Assembly (NCBI GenBank): GCA_938091905.1
Contig: CALKOM010000018.1
Span: 1-16,965, forward strand
Reading direction: 5' to 3'
From: an uncultured Verrucomicrobiales bacterium
Lineage (GTDB): Bacteria > Verrucomicrobiota > Verrucomicrobiia > Verrucomicrobiales > DEV007
Length of the DNA stretch: 16,965 nucleotides
The notes beneath the pieces were generated by a model. The model saw only the letters and a program-made list of their open reading frames with translations, searched no databases and was not told the DNA's origin. Positions 1-8,847 of this stretch are shown in pieces (position 1 is the first letter of the stretch; each line of letters opens with the position of its first letter). Position numbers and translations under genes: made by a program.

Positions 1-340
1 CGATGGTCCATTCCCTTGCGGCCTCGATTAGAAAAGCCACACTGCTTCAAAGCGTAAGTAAGGGGCGCAACTTGGCCCACGTAGCCGAATCAATAAGATG
101 TTTGTCAGTCATAGAAGTGGATCTGCAAGCGATATATATCACCATCGTGAACTGACAGTCACTGAGTTAGTGCTCTAAGCGAATTAATGGATTAGCCCTA
201 ATAGTTCCGACCCCCAAATATTGTCCCTGCAGTGTCAGTTAGTGCGTTTTTATCACTCACGTTTCGCCGACGTCGCAAGTTTTCTTATCCTTACAGTAGA
301 GCGCAGTCCGTTTATGCTTCACCTGTCAAAGGTCAAGCAA

Positions 341-1525
341 ATGCTCAGGGCGCCGCTGGTGAGCTTTACTCTTTTGGCAGCACTCATCGCCACCTATGCT
401 AGTGGTGCGCATGCGGTGACGGGAGCTACGGGTGTGGTGCCTGCCGGTGGTTCTGTCGATCCAGCCGATGCCACGGTGGGGGAACAGTTCACCTGGGCCT
501 TCCGAGTGATCGGAGAGACGGCGCATTCTTATTCGGGGATTGGTATGCCTGTTGGCTTCGTCCAAATCCCAACGGCTCGGGATGGACCGCTTACGACTGT
601 CTTCGTAAATTCTGTTCTGTTCTTGCCGTTGCTCTGCAGCAGCTGGTTGCCGATAAGCCATGGTCGCGATCAGTCTTACGCTATACCGCTGCTCCCATTC
701 TCCGGAGCTGACAATGCAACTGAAATTGAAGATCTTGGGGTCGTTTCTGTCCTCGAAGGTATTTCCTTGTCCCTCCTTCCAGGTGAAATCTTCGAGTACG
801 GAATGGAAATCCGCTTTTGTTCCTGTTCCAATTGCTGGTGGCGATTCCAATCGGAAAGTTCTTTTCAGCATTTGGGAAACGCGAGTCTCCGACTATGCGT
901 TATTCATCGAAGGGGCTGGCCGTGACTGGCCTGAATGAACCCGATTTCGAACAAGGTGACGATCATTCTGCCGTGAACGTGAACGGCGACGTCGCCCTTG
1001 CCTTCTGTGACTGGCTGACTAAGGAAGAGCGGTGCCTTGGCATTTTCAGCCAGAACAAGCCCGTATTGCTTGCCGACGAGTTGTGCGGTCGGAATTGGAG
1101 ATAGAGAGGACCCCGACGAAACGCCAGCTTCAAAGATGGGGAAATCATAGGGTTTCCCTGGGGAGACGAGTGGCCGCGGCCGGCGGGTGCAGGCAATTTG
1201 TATGGGCAAGAGACCAGCATGAGTCCGATTCACCGTGCAAAAATGCCAATTGAATCTTATGACGATAGCTATGTCTTCACGGCACCGGTTGGGAGTTACC
1301 CAGTCAATCAGTTTGGCTTGCATGACCTGGGCGGAAACGCCTTGTAATGGTGTGGCGACTGGTTCGATGGTGGGAATACTCAAGCTAACGTGCTGTGCCG
1401 CGGCTGTTTTACTAACCCAGAGACCGAACCTTCTTCTTTCATCCCGTAGAAACAATAATGAGCCAGGCTACCGCTACTTTGGCCTCGGATTTCGCTGTGT
1501 CTTGGAGCTAGCCATCGACCGATAA
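341..1525 (+). pseudogene. Degraded exported protein with formylglycine-generating enzyme-like (FGE-sulfatase/SUMF1) domain; possibly two fused remnants
   Basis: FGE-family motifs read in order across several frames: RF/VPVP..VLFSIWETRVSDY, WPE/PDFEQGDDHSAVNVN..AFCDWLT, YCLPT-SCAVG, FPWGDEWPRPAGAGN, TAPVGSYPVNQFGLHDLGGNAL*WC, LLSSRR..GFRCVL. Lesions: extra T in TTTT 815-818, TGAA duplication 932-939, frame changes near 1060, 1131 and about 1390-1425, in-frame TAA 1345-1347. N-terminal signal peptide follows ATG 341. Confidence 0.85.
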
Positions 1526-1578
1526 CGCTTATTGAATTGATAGAGCCGGTCGCCAAGCAGCGGTTGAATGGAGTGCTG

Positions 1579-4167
1579 CTAGTCAATGAAAGAGAATTCA
1601 CTGAGATTGAAGATGAGGCGACACATGGCAGTGATGCCGTGCCTTTGCGCGTAAGCATTGAGAGATTGATGCTCTTCTGGGGTGATCTCGCGAGACAGTG
1701 CTAGTAGGATAGCTTCTCTGGCAACATTGTCATTGTCCTTTACGCGATCTGCGAAATGAGTGGCCATGGCAACGATATTTTTGTTGTTGAGCATAGCAAG
1801 CGCCTGGAGGGCCGTGTTGGTTTCGCCTCGTTTGTCGACGAGCTCGGAGGGGTCGGCGCAATCGAAGGTTTGCATGAACGGCTGGGGCTGCGAGCGGACA
1901 AGAAACCGGTAGATCGAGCGGCGATGGGTCTTGGAATCATGCGGATCTGCAAGATGATATTCGTAGTGAGGTGAGTGCTCGGGCTTCTTGATGACAAAGT
2001 CCATGAAGCTTGGGCCATACATCTTGGTATTGAGTTTGCCAGCCACGAAGAGGACGCTGTCACGGATGGCTTCAGCCTCCAAACGCCGGCGGTTCTGTCG
2101 CCAGAGGAATTGGTTTGAGCTATCTTGAGCTGCCTTCACGGCGTCGTGCGTGGATACTTGTTTGTACGTTTGGCTATTAAGAATCCAGCGATGCAGATTC
2201 TTGATCGAGCCGCCCTCATCTCTGAATTTGATGGCGAGCCAGTCGAGCAATTCTGGATGGGTAGGTTTGCCGCCGATGCGACCAAAGTCATTTGGCGTGT
2301 CCACGAGTCCGCGACCAAAGTGATAATGCCAGACACGATTGACGATGCTTCGCCAGGTGAGCGTATTGTCAGGATGGGTGATCCATTCTGCGAGCGCAAT
2401 GCGCCGATCGCTCTCCACGTGGTCTTTGGGAAGGTTAAAGGTCACGGGCAAGCTGGGAACAATGCCTGGAACGGTGGCAGGGAATACTTCCTTAGCCCGT
2501 GGCATGGTGACCTCGCCCCGATGCAGGATGTGAATGGGGCGGGGCTTGCCATTCAAATGCCCACGTCCTTTAAAGGCACCGCTGCCGTGATGGACTTTGC
2601 CGACATAGACTTTCTTCGGCTTTGGCAATGCCTTGAGTGAGGCGCGGATGTCGTCGGCAATCTTCTCGTGCTGGGCGCGCTTGGCGAGTAAGTTAGGTGC
2701 GGCTAGCTGGATCAGCGCATCGCGCTTGGCGATCTGGTCCGTGATCTGTCCGTCCATGATGTTTGACTTTCTCCAACGAGGCGCCGCTTCAATTGAGTCG
2801 AGGGCTGTGATGTCTCTGAAAGGAACACGCATTCCTCGACTGGTGATGACTAGTTCTCCCAGGGCAAAGATCCAATCATTAGTTAGTGGCTGCCCCTTCT
2901 GTCGGCGGTTCCACAACTTGGTGGCGGTCACTCTTACATAGCGGCCTTCCATTCTTTTGAGTGCGATGGTATGTGCTGCAGATCCGGGCCGTTCAATGTC
3001 GTCGGCGTGGTTGACCAGCGTCTTGGCTTCCTGGAAATCGGCTTGGCTCGACGTTGTGACACGAAAGCGATGTGGGAATCCGAAGTCTTTGAATCCATAC
3101 TCGGCAGCACCAAAGAGCTCGATCGAATCAATCCTCATGCTCTTGCCTAGATCAACTTGAATCCATTTCTCCGTCGCTTGATCGGAGGCAACCTGGCTGT
3201 GGTAGCCGAGGCTTGCAGCATGAGCGTTCTCAGTTTTGGCGATCTCATCCTCAAGTTGACGAATGTCATCGGTCTTCTTGGCTTCGATGTCTTTGTCAAT
3301 CGATGCAAGAATAGCCTGTTTTTTTTCTAACTGGGACGTCAGGTAGGCGCGTTGTTTTGCGATGTCAGGATCAGAATCAAACTCTCGATCCGCCCTGTCA
3401 AGTGCCGCAAAGATCGATTGTAGTGAGTAATAATCTTTCATTGTCACCGGATCACGTTTGTGATCATGACACTGCGCGCATTGTACGGTGAGCGAGCAGA
3501 AGGCATTCAGAGTCGTGGTTACCATATCATCACGATCCAAATGGCGGGCAACTTTGCCGTCGATTTTCTTTTCAGGAACTTCTGCATGGCCGATGAAATC
3601 CCAGGGGCCAGCAGCGAGGAACCCCGTGGCAACAATGCCATCTACGGTCTCGGGATAAAGGGCGTCTCCTGCAAGCTGCTCCTCGATGAAGCGGGCATAG
3701 GGTTTGTCTTCATTGAAGGCGCGAATGACGTAGTCCCGGTAGGGCCAGGCGTTCATGCGCGGTTTGTCCTTGTCGTAGCCGTGGGTTTCGCCGTAGTGAA
3801 CAACGTCCAACCAATGGCGAGCCCAGCGTTCGCCGTAGTGTGGGGATTCTAGCAAGCGATCGACCAATTTCGCATAAGCCTGAGGATCGTCATCCTTAAC
3901 AAAGGCATCTACCTCGGCCATACTTGGTGGCAATCCAATCAGATCGAAGTAGAGACGGCGAATCAGGGTGCGCTGGTCCGCTTGCGGTGAGGGTGTGAGT
4001 TCTTTGGTCGCCAGGGTGGCTGAGATAAATCTATCGATGGTGGTCTCGCCTTCCGATGCGGGAATTCTCGGAGGTGCCAGGAGCTGCCAGGACCACCAAT
4101 CACTCTCCGCAGGAGCGATGTTGGTTGAGATCATCAGGAGCCACAGGCTGAAGAGGCATCGTTTCAT
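1579..4167 (-). CDS. DUF1549 (PSCyt2) + DUF1553 (PSD1) protein with inserted F5/8 type C (discoidin)-like domain, exported
   Basis: 862-aa intact ORF with signal peptide. DUF1549 motifs: IDRFI, RRLYFDLIGLPP, HYGERWARHWLDVVHY, AWPYRDYVIRAFNEDKPY, CAQCHDHK (CxxCH at 3466-3480). Discoidin-like: WIQVDLG..IDSIEL..GRYVRVTATKL..FALGEL. DUF1553 motifs: RSIVNRVWHYHFGRGLVDTPNDFG, PTHPELLDWLA, RRLEAEAIRDS, RRSIY, FDCADP, LQALAMLN, terminal EFSFID. Confidence 0.93.
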   Translation of the reverse strand: MKRCLFSLWLLMISTNIAPAESDWWSWQLLAPPRIPASEGETTIDRFISATLATKELTPSPQADQRTLIRRLYFDLIGLPPSMAEVDAFVKDDDPQAYAKLVDRLLESPHYGERWARHWLDVVHYGETHGYDKDKPRMNAWPYRDYVIRAFNEDKPYARFIEEQLAGDALYPETVDGIVATGFLAAGPWDFIGHAEVPEKKIDGKVARHLDRDDMVTTTLNAFCSLTVQCAQCHDHKRDPVTMKDYYSLQSIFAALDRADREFDSDPDIAKQRAYLTSQLEKKQAILASIDKDIEAKKTDDIRQLEDEIAKTENAHAASLGYHSQVASDQATEKWIQVDLGKSMRIDSIELFGAAEYGFKDFGFPHRFRVTTSSQADFQEAKTLVNHADDIERPGSAAHTIALKRMEGRYVRVTATKLWNRRQKGQPLTNDWIFALGELVITSRGMRVPFRDITALDSIEAAPRWRKSNIMDGQITDQIAKRDALIQLAAPNLLAKRAQHEKIADDIRASLKALPKPKKVYVGKVHHGSGAFKGRGHLNGKPRPIHILHRGEVTMPRAKEVFPATVPGIVPSLPVTFNLPKDHVESDRRIALAEWITHPDNTLTWRSIVNRVWHYHFGRGLVDTPNDFGRIGGKPTHPELLDWLAIKFRDEGGSIKNLHRWILNSQTYKQVSTHDAVKAAQDSSNQFLWRQNRRRLEAEAIRDSVLFVAGKLNTKMYGPSFMDFVIKKPEHSPHYEYHLADPHDSKTHRRSIYRFLVRSQPQPFMQTFDCADPSELVDKRGETNTALQALAMLNNKNIVAMATHFADRVKDNDNVAREAILLALSREITPEEHQSLNAYAQRHGITAMCRLIFNLSEFSFID

Positions 4168-4248
4168 GATATAGCAAGGATACTAGACACTAGCGACGGG
4201 AATGGCGAGACGAAAGGAAAGGCTCGAAGCCAGTGTTCTCTAACTTGT

Positions 4249-5345
4249 ATGTCTCGCAGATTAGCGAATTGGATGGGGGCCTTCGTACTCACCGGAATCA
4301 CGTCTTCTGCGGAGGTGAGTCCGGGGCCGTTGACGGATTTACTAGCCACCGCGGAGACACGTGAACTTTATAGCCGGCTTCAGAAGCAATTGGGACACGG
4401 TGTCCTTTTCGGTCATCAGGACACGACTCCTACGGTGTCGGCTGGAAAGCTGAGCCGGGTCGGTCAGACGTGAAGGACGTCTGTGGAGACTATGCCGCAG
4501 TCTATGGGGGGGATCTGGGAAACATTCATAAAAATTGGAATATTGATGGGGTGCGATTCTCAGACATGAAGCGATGGATCCGAGAGGCAGATGCGCGTGG
4601 TGGCATCAACACGATTCCGCTGCATCTGGATCACCCAGTCACTGGCCGCAATGCTTGGGACAACACATGGGTTGTGGGCGATCTCTTGCCCGGTGGTCCT
4701 GCTCACGATGGGTTTCTCAAGACGTGGGACCTCATCGTCGACTTTCTCAATGTTCTTCGTCGTGAGGATGGGCAACCGATCCCGATCGTTCTACGGCCCT
4801 ATCACGAACACAGCAAGCGCTGGCCTTGGTGGGGGCGGACGAGCAGTTATGAGGATGACTTTGTTTCTTTGTGGCGCATGAGGGTGACTCGTCTCCGCGA
4901 CACCGGGGAGATCCATCATTTGCTTTATGTGATCTCTCCTCAAGATGTTGTAGACGAGAGCGACTACCTGGATGGGTATCCAGGTGATGCCTACGTCGAT
5001 ATCTTTGGCTTGGACTACTACAAGATCTGGAAACGCAGCGAGGTCGAATTGATGGGAAAGACCCTCTCCATGGTTGCGAAACTTGCGGAACGCCATGGGA
5101 AGATCTCGGCCCTTAGGGAGACTGGCATTGATTAAGTGCCGGTAGCAGAGTGGTGGACCGTTCACTTACTAGCGGCCTTGAATCATGATGACTATTCGAG
5201 AAAAACGGTTTGGGCCTTGGTCTGGCGAAACAAGTCACGCAGGCACCACTTTGGTCCGTTTCCAGGTCATGCCAGCGCCAAGGGCTTTGTTAGATTCTAT
5301 AAGAATGAACTCATGGTGTTTCAGCGCCAGAGTGATCGTCAGTGA
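4249..5345 (+). pseudogene. Glycoside hydrolase family 26 (beta-mannanase) pseudogene
   Basis: Three consecutive ORFs rebuild one GH26: signal peptide, ATAETRELY, VLFGHQDT/YGVGW..RSDVKDVCGDY, IVLRPYHE (acid/base Glu 4806), WWG, YPGDAYVDIFGLDYY, GKISALRETG (nucleophile Glu 5118), WWT..LVWRN..HHFGPFPGH. One-base deletion at about 4429 and in-frame TAA at 5133-5135. Confidence 0.92.
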
Positions 5346-5385
5346 GAATTGGCTTTGCCGCGATAAGTGGTCGAGCTCTCGAGAA

Positions 5386-5796
5386 CTAGCCACCGAAGAA
5401 CAACTCGCTACTGGAGTAGGTCGATCCGAAGTTCGCTTTCACGGCGACGACCTGGTGAACTGCTGACAGAAAATAATTCTCTGTCAGGGTAGATAGTGGA
5501 TGAATGTAGGCACCAAATAGCTGGCCGTTCCGCATGGAGTAACGCGCGTCTAGAGCCCGATCAAAGTTTGCTTCCATGCAGGCATGAATCTCTTCCGTGT
5601 TGATATTTTCAATTTCCGCGATCGGAGCCATCACGCGCATGCGGTCATGCGTTTCATCAGTGATGCACCAGACCTGAGCTCCGTGAGCGATGAACTACCA
5701 ATAGCCAAGCTCACCTTGTACGTCAGTATTTATGCCTTCGATGAGCTTGTGTAGGCGCTGGTTGTTCATTCCCCCGGGCTGGAGTGGGTAGATCAT
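5386..5796 (-). pseudogene. Conserved hypothetical protein of YbjN / type III-secretion-chaperone-like fold, interrupted by one TAG
   Basis: The frame extends upstream of the listed 84-aa ORF: MIYPLQPGGMNNQRLHKLIEGINTDVQGELGYW*FIAHGAQVWCITDETHDRMRVMAPI..CMEANFDRALDARY..IHPLSTL..FGSTYSSSELFFGG, with TAG at 5695-5697. The DRMR, ANF..ALDARY, IHPL and FGSTYSS motifs are recognised from memory as a conserved family. Confidence 0.7.
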
Positions 5797-5988
5797 GGAT
5801 GTGTGGATTCAGCAAAGGTTTATAAGGAATTACAGAAATCTTAGAATTTGCAGAATCAGGTGCATAGATCTTAGGGCGCAAAGCAGTAGCAGTGCAAAAG
5901 CATGGCCTTAAACCGTGCCTTCTGTATATTCTTCCAATTTTTCAAACCTGTGTATGAGCCTTTGTCATGCGGGTTTAGCAATGTGCTT

Positions 5989-5994
5989 TATACT
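5989..5994 (+). promoter_or_regulatory. Possible sigma70 -10 element (TATACT) for the 6057 operon
   Basis: TATACT lies 62 nt upstream of ATG 6057 in an AT-richer intergenic region. The nearest -35-like TTGTCA (5962-5967) is 21 nt away, too far for canonical spacing. Confidence 0.25.
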
Positions 5995-6056
5995 GGAGAC
6001 GGTGACGGAGAAATGACAGCTTTCACCCACCTCCTCTGCGCAGGTGACAGAGTGCC

Positions 6057-6509
6057 ATGAAACGAAATCGATTCACAATTCTCCTCTTGTTGCCGATGGT
6101 TGTTGCTGTCGTGCTGTGGGCGGTGCTGCCGCGTCACCGGAGGGCGGCCATGTCTTCGGGCGATGATTTGGTCGTCGAGGCGCGAGGATATGGGCGAGCT
6201 TGGCAGTTCTCATATGGTGACGCCCGTAGCGATGGGCGCCTAGTGTTGCCGGTGGGATTAAACGTGGAGCTTCGGCTTCGCAGTGATGACTTCATCTATG
6301 TTTTCTCCTGTCCCGATCTTGGGCTGAAGGAGATTGCAGTCCCAGATCTGAAGTTCTCCGTTGGGTTCAAGGCGGAACAGGTAGGCACGCATACTCTGGC
6401 AATGGATCCCATGTGTGGATTTCAGTTGGCACCAGGCCAGACCATGGGCACTCTTGAAATCGTTTCTCAATCCAAATTCCGTCGTTGGCTCCTCAACGCT
6501 TCGAAATGA
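6057..6509 (+). CDS. Membrane-anchored cytochrome c oxidase subunit II-like cupredoxin domain protein with degenerate CuA site
   Basis: N-terminal TM helix, then the COX2 periplasmic pattern: VEARGYGRAWQFSY, RLVLPVGLNVELRLRSDDFIYVFSCPDLGLKEIAVPD, FKAEQVGTHTLAMDPMCG..TMGTLEIVSQSKFRRWL. The stop overlaps the next start (ATGA 6506-6509). Confidence 0.8.
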   Translation: MKRNRFTILLLLPMVVAVVLWAVLPRHRRAAMSSGDDLVVEARGYGRAWQFSYGDARSDGRLVLPVGLNVELRLRSDDFIYVFSCPDLGLKEIAVPDLKFSVGFKAEQVGTHTLAMDPMCGFQLAPGQTMGTLEIVSQSKFRRWLLNASK

Positions 6510-8836
6510 CTCTCACATCCCGCTTTCTTTGTCTTTGGCTCGTTCCCATTGGTTTGTTGTCGTCTTGTAATAAAAATGAGGATGAACCGGACACAGAGTC
6601 GTCAGTGTCATCGGTCGTGATCGAAGAAGACATGGATAGAGTTCACCCGCCCGTGCTCGAGTTCATGCCGATGCTGAAGGAGACGAGTCAGCTAACGGGC
6701 GTTCCTTGGGTGGCAAGTTTTATCTCGAGTCCACAAGAGAAGACTTTGGTCGAGGCAATTCGAGGCCAGATTACTGCTGGGCGGGATCTCCAGGTGGTCG
6801 AGCTAACGAATGAGTTAGATGTTCGGCAAGCGGTCAGTCCTGAGGGGTTACTCGTGCTTGTTGACGCGTATCAACGCGTACGCGGTCGGTATGATTCGAA
6901 ATCCCCTCGCGCGATCAACGCTTTGATGACGGATCTCTCTGCGTTGGAAGCAGAGGTCCTTAACGTGCCTCCCGATGTGCGCGATCCTGAATGGATGAAG
7001 GAGCGGGCCAAGGCACAATTGGCCACGGCGGATTCGATTCAAGCCTTCCATGATTTCTCGTTCTCGGATCGGCGCGAAGCCAGTGGCATCCGTTTTATGC
7101 ACAAGATCGTCGATGAGTCCGGCAAGCGATTCAAAGGGGTTCATTATGACCATGGTTCAGGTGTGGCCGTTGCTGATATTGATGGCGATGAACAGTTAGA
7201 TATCTACTTTGTGAACCAAGTTGGCGGCAATGAACTGTGGAGGAATGTCGGTGACGGGAAGTTTGAGAATATCACGGAGCGAGCTGGTGTTTTTGTTAGT
7301 GATCGTGTGGGTGTTTCAGCGTCCTTTGCTGATATTGATAACGATGGTGATCCAGACCTCTATGTAACGGCTTTGCGCAAGGGAAATGTGTTGTTTGAGA
7401 ATCTCGGGGACGGGAGGTTCCGCAATATCACTGCCGGATCTGGCCTTGGTTACAAGGGGCATTCCTCAGGAGCCGTGTTCTTTGACTATGATCGGGATGG
7501 TTTCCTCGATGTGTTTCTGGCAAACGTTGGCCAATACACGAAAGCTGAAACGACGAAGGTGACCATGGAGAGCATTCGCGGCGAAGCGGAAACTGGAGAG
7601 ACTTATCATGTCGGGTTTGCCGATGCCTTCGGTGGGCATTTGAAGCCGGAGCGCGAGGAGATGAGCCGACTTTATCGCAACCTGGGTGGGAAAAAATTTG
7701 AGGATGTGAGTGTCGCTCTTGGGCTGGAGGACAATGGTTGGACGGGGGACGCCGCTCCGGTCGATATCGATTCCGATGGGTGGACGGACTTGTATTTACC
7801 CAGTATGCAAGGGGATGACGAGGTCTACCTGAATAAAGGGGGTAAGAAGTTTGAACGTGCTGGGCGCGAGTTGTTTCCAAAGACGCCATGGGGCTCGATG
7901 GGCATTAAGGCATTCGATTTCGAGAACGATGGGGATCTCGATCTTTATATCACAGACATGCACTCAGATATGAGTGAGCACATTGGCCCTGAGCGTGAGA
8001 AAGAGAAAGCGGACATGAAATGGACGTCGTCGTTTCTCAAGACGGATGGGACCAGTGTCTATGGCAACGCGTTCTTCCGAAACGATGGAGCTGGTTCATT
8101 TGAAGAGGTGTCAGATTCATTAGGCGCAGAGAATTACTGGCCCTGGGGATTAAGTGCGGATGATCTAAATGCTGACGGTTTTGATGATGCCTTTATCACT
8201 TCGAGCATGAATTTCCCGCTGCGCTATGGCGTGAACTCATTGCTGATTAATGATGGTGGAGAACGGTTTCGCGATGCAGAATTCATCTTGGGCGTTGAGC
8301 CAAGAGTAGGAGGTTTAGCCGTGCCGTGGTTCGAATTGGATCTGGTCGGAGCGGACAAGGGGGCTCCGGTCATCGAGGCGATGGGTTTGGATGAAGCGGC
8401 ACTTGGGAAGCTTCCTGACAGAGTCGTTGTTTGGGGGGCGATGGGAAGTCGCTCTTCGGTGATTTTCGATCTGGATGATGATGGCGACCTTGATATCGTA
8501 ACCAATGAGATGAACCACCATCCGATGGTTTTAGTAAGCGATCTGTCTGAGAAAAAACCTGATTTCTCCTACCTGAAGGTGAAGCTCGTCGGGACGAAGT
8601 CGAATCGTAGTGCGCTTGGCGCCGTTGTCCGTGTCGTGGCGGGCGATATAAAATTAATGAAAGTAAAAGACGGTCAAACGGGATACCTCTCTCACAGCGA
8701 CTTTCCGCTCTACTTTGGCCTAGGATCGGCCAAACAAATTGACCGGCTGGAGGTAACTTGGCCATCGGGGACGGTTCAAGTCGTCGATGGGCCCAGTGCG
8801 GCGAACCAACTGCTCACCGTGACGGAGCCAGAGTGA
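6506..8836 (+). CDS. CRTAC1-family lipoprotein: seven FG-GAP/VCBS repeats plus C-terminal ASPIC/UnbV domain
   Basis: Lipobox LLSSC after the ATG at 6506. Seven DxDxDG-type loops: DIDGDEQLD, DIDNDGDPD, DYDRDGFLD, DIDSDGWTD, DFENDGDLD, DLNADGFDD, DLDDDGDLD. ASPIC/UnbV signature: SNRSALGAVVRV..GYLSHSDFPLYFGLG..IDRLEVTWPSG. Confidence 0.93.
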   Translation: MTLTSRFLCLWLVPIGLLSSCNKNEDEPDTESSVSSVVIEEDMDRVHPPVLEFMPMLKETSQLTGVPWVASFISSPQEKTLVEAIRGQITAGRDLQVVELTNELDVRQAVSPEGLLVLVDAYQRVRGRYDSKSPRAINALMTDLSALEAEVLNVPPDVRDPEWMKERAKAQLATADSIQAFHDFSFSDRREASGIRFMHKIVDESGKRFKGVHYDHGSGVAVADIDGDEQLDIYFVNQVGGNELWRNVGDGKFENITERAGVFVSDRVGVSASFADIDNDGDPDLYVTALRKGNVLFENLGDGRFRNITAGSGLGYKGHSSGAVFFDYDRDGFLDVFLANVGQYTKAETTKVTMESIRGEAETGETYHVGFADAFGGHLKPEREEMSRLYRNLGGKKFEDVSVALGLEDNGWTGDAAPVDIDSDGWTDLYLPSMQGDDEVYLNKGGKKFERAGRELFPKTPWGSMGIKAFDFENDGDLDLYITDMHSDMSEHIGPEREKEKADMKWTSSFLKTDGTSVYGNAFFRNDGAGSFEEVSDSLGAENYWPWGLSADDLNADGFDDAFITSSMNFPLRYGVNSLLINDGGERFRDAEFILGVEPRVGGLAVPWFELDLVGADKGAPVIEAMGLDEAALGKLPDRVVVWGAMGSRSSVIFDLDDDGDLDIVTNEMNHHPMVLVSDLSEKKPDFSYLKVKLVGTKSNRSALGAVVRVVAGDIKLMKVKDGQTGYLSHSDFPLYFGLGSAKQIDRLEVTWPSGTVQVVDGPSAANQLLTVTEPE

Positions 8837-8847
8837 CTTCCGACAAG

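Noticed and set aside
326..871. 181-aa minus-strand ORF that looks protein-like
   Set aside because: It is antisense to signal-peptide and FGE motifs on the plus strand; its QRQEQNR stretch is the mirror of a hydrophobic plus-strand segment.
1345..5697. Stop-codon reassignment or readthrough to explain the in-frame stops (TAA 1345, TAA 5133, TAG 5695)
   Set aside because: Two different stop types are involved, two of the three genes also have frameshifts, and intact genes end normally at TAG and TGA.
6057..6509. Calling this gene coxB/ctaC
   Set aside because: Most CuA ligands are absent, there is one TM helix, and no subunit I or III lies nearby.
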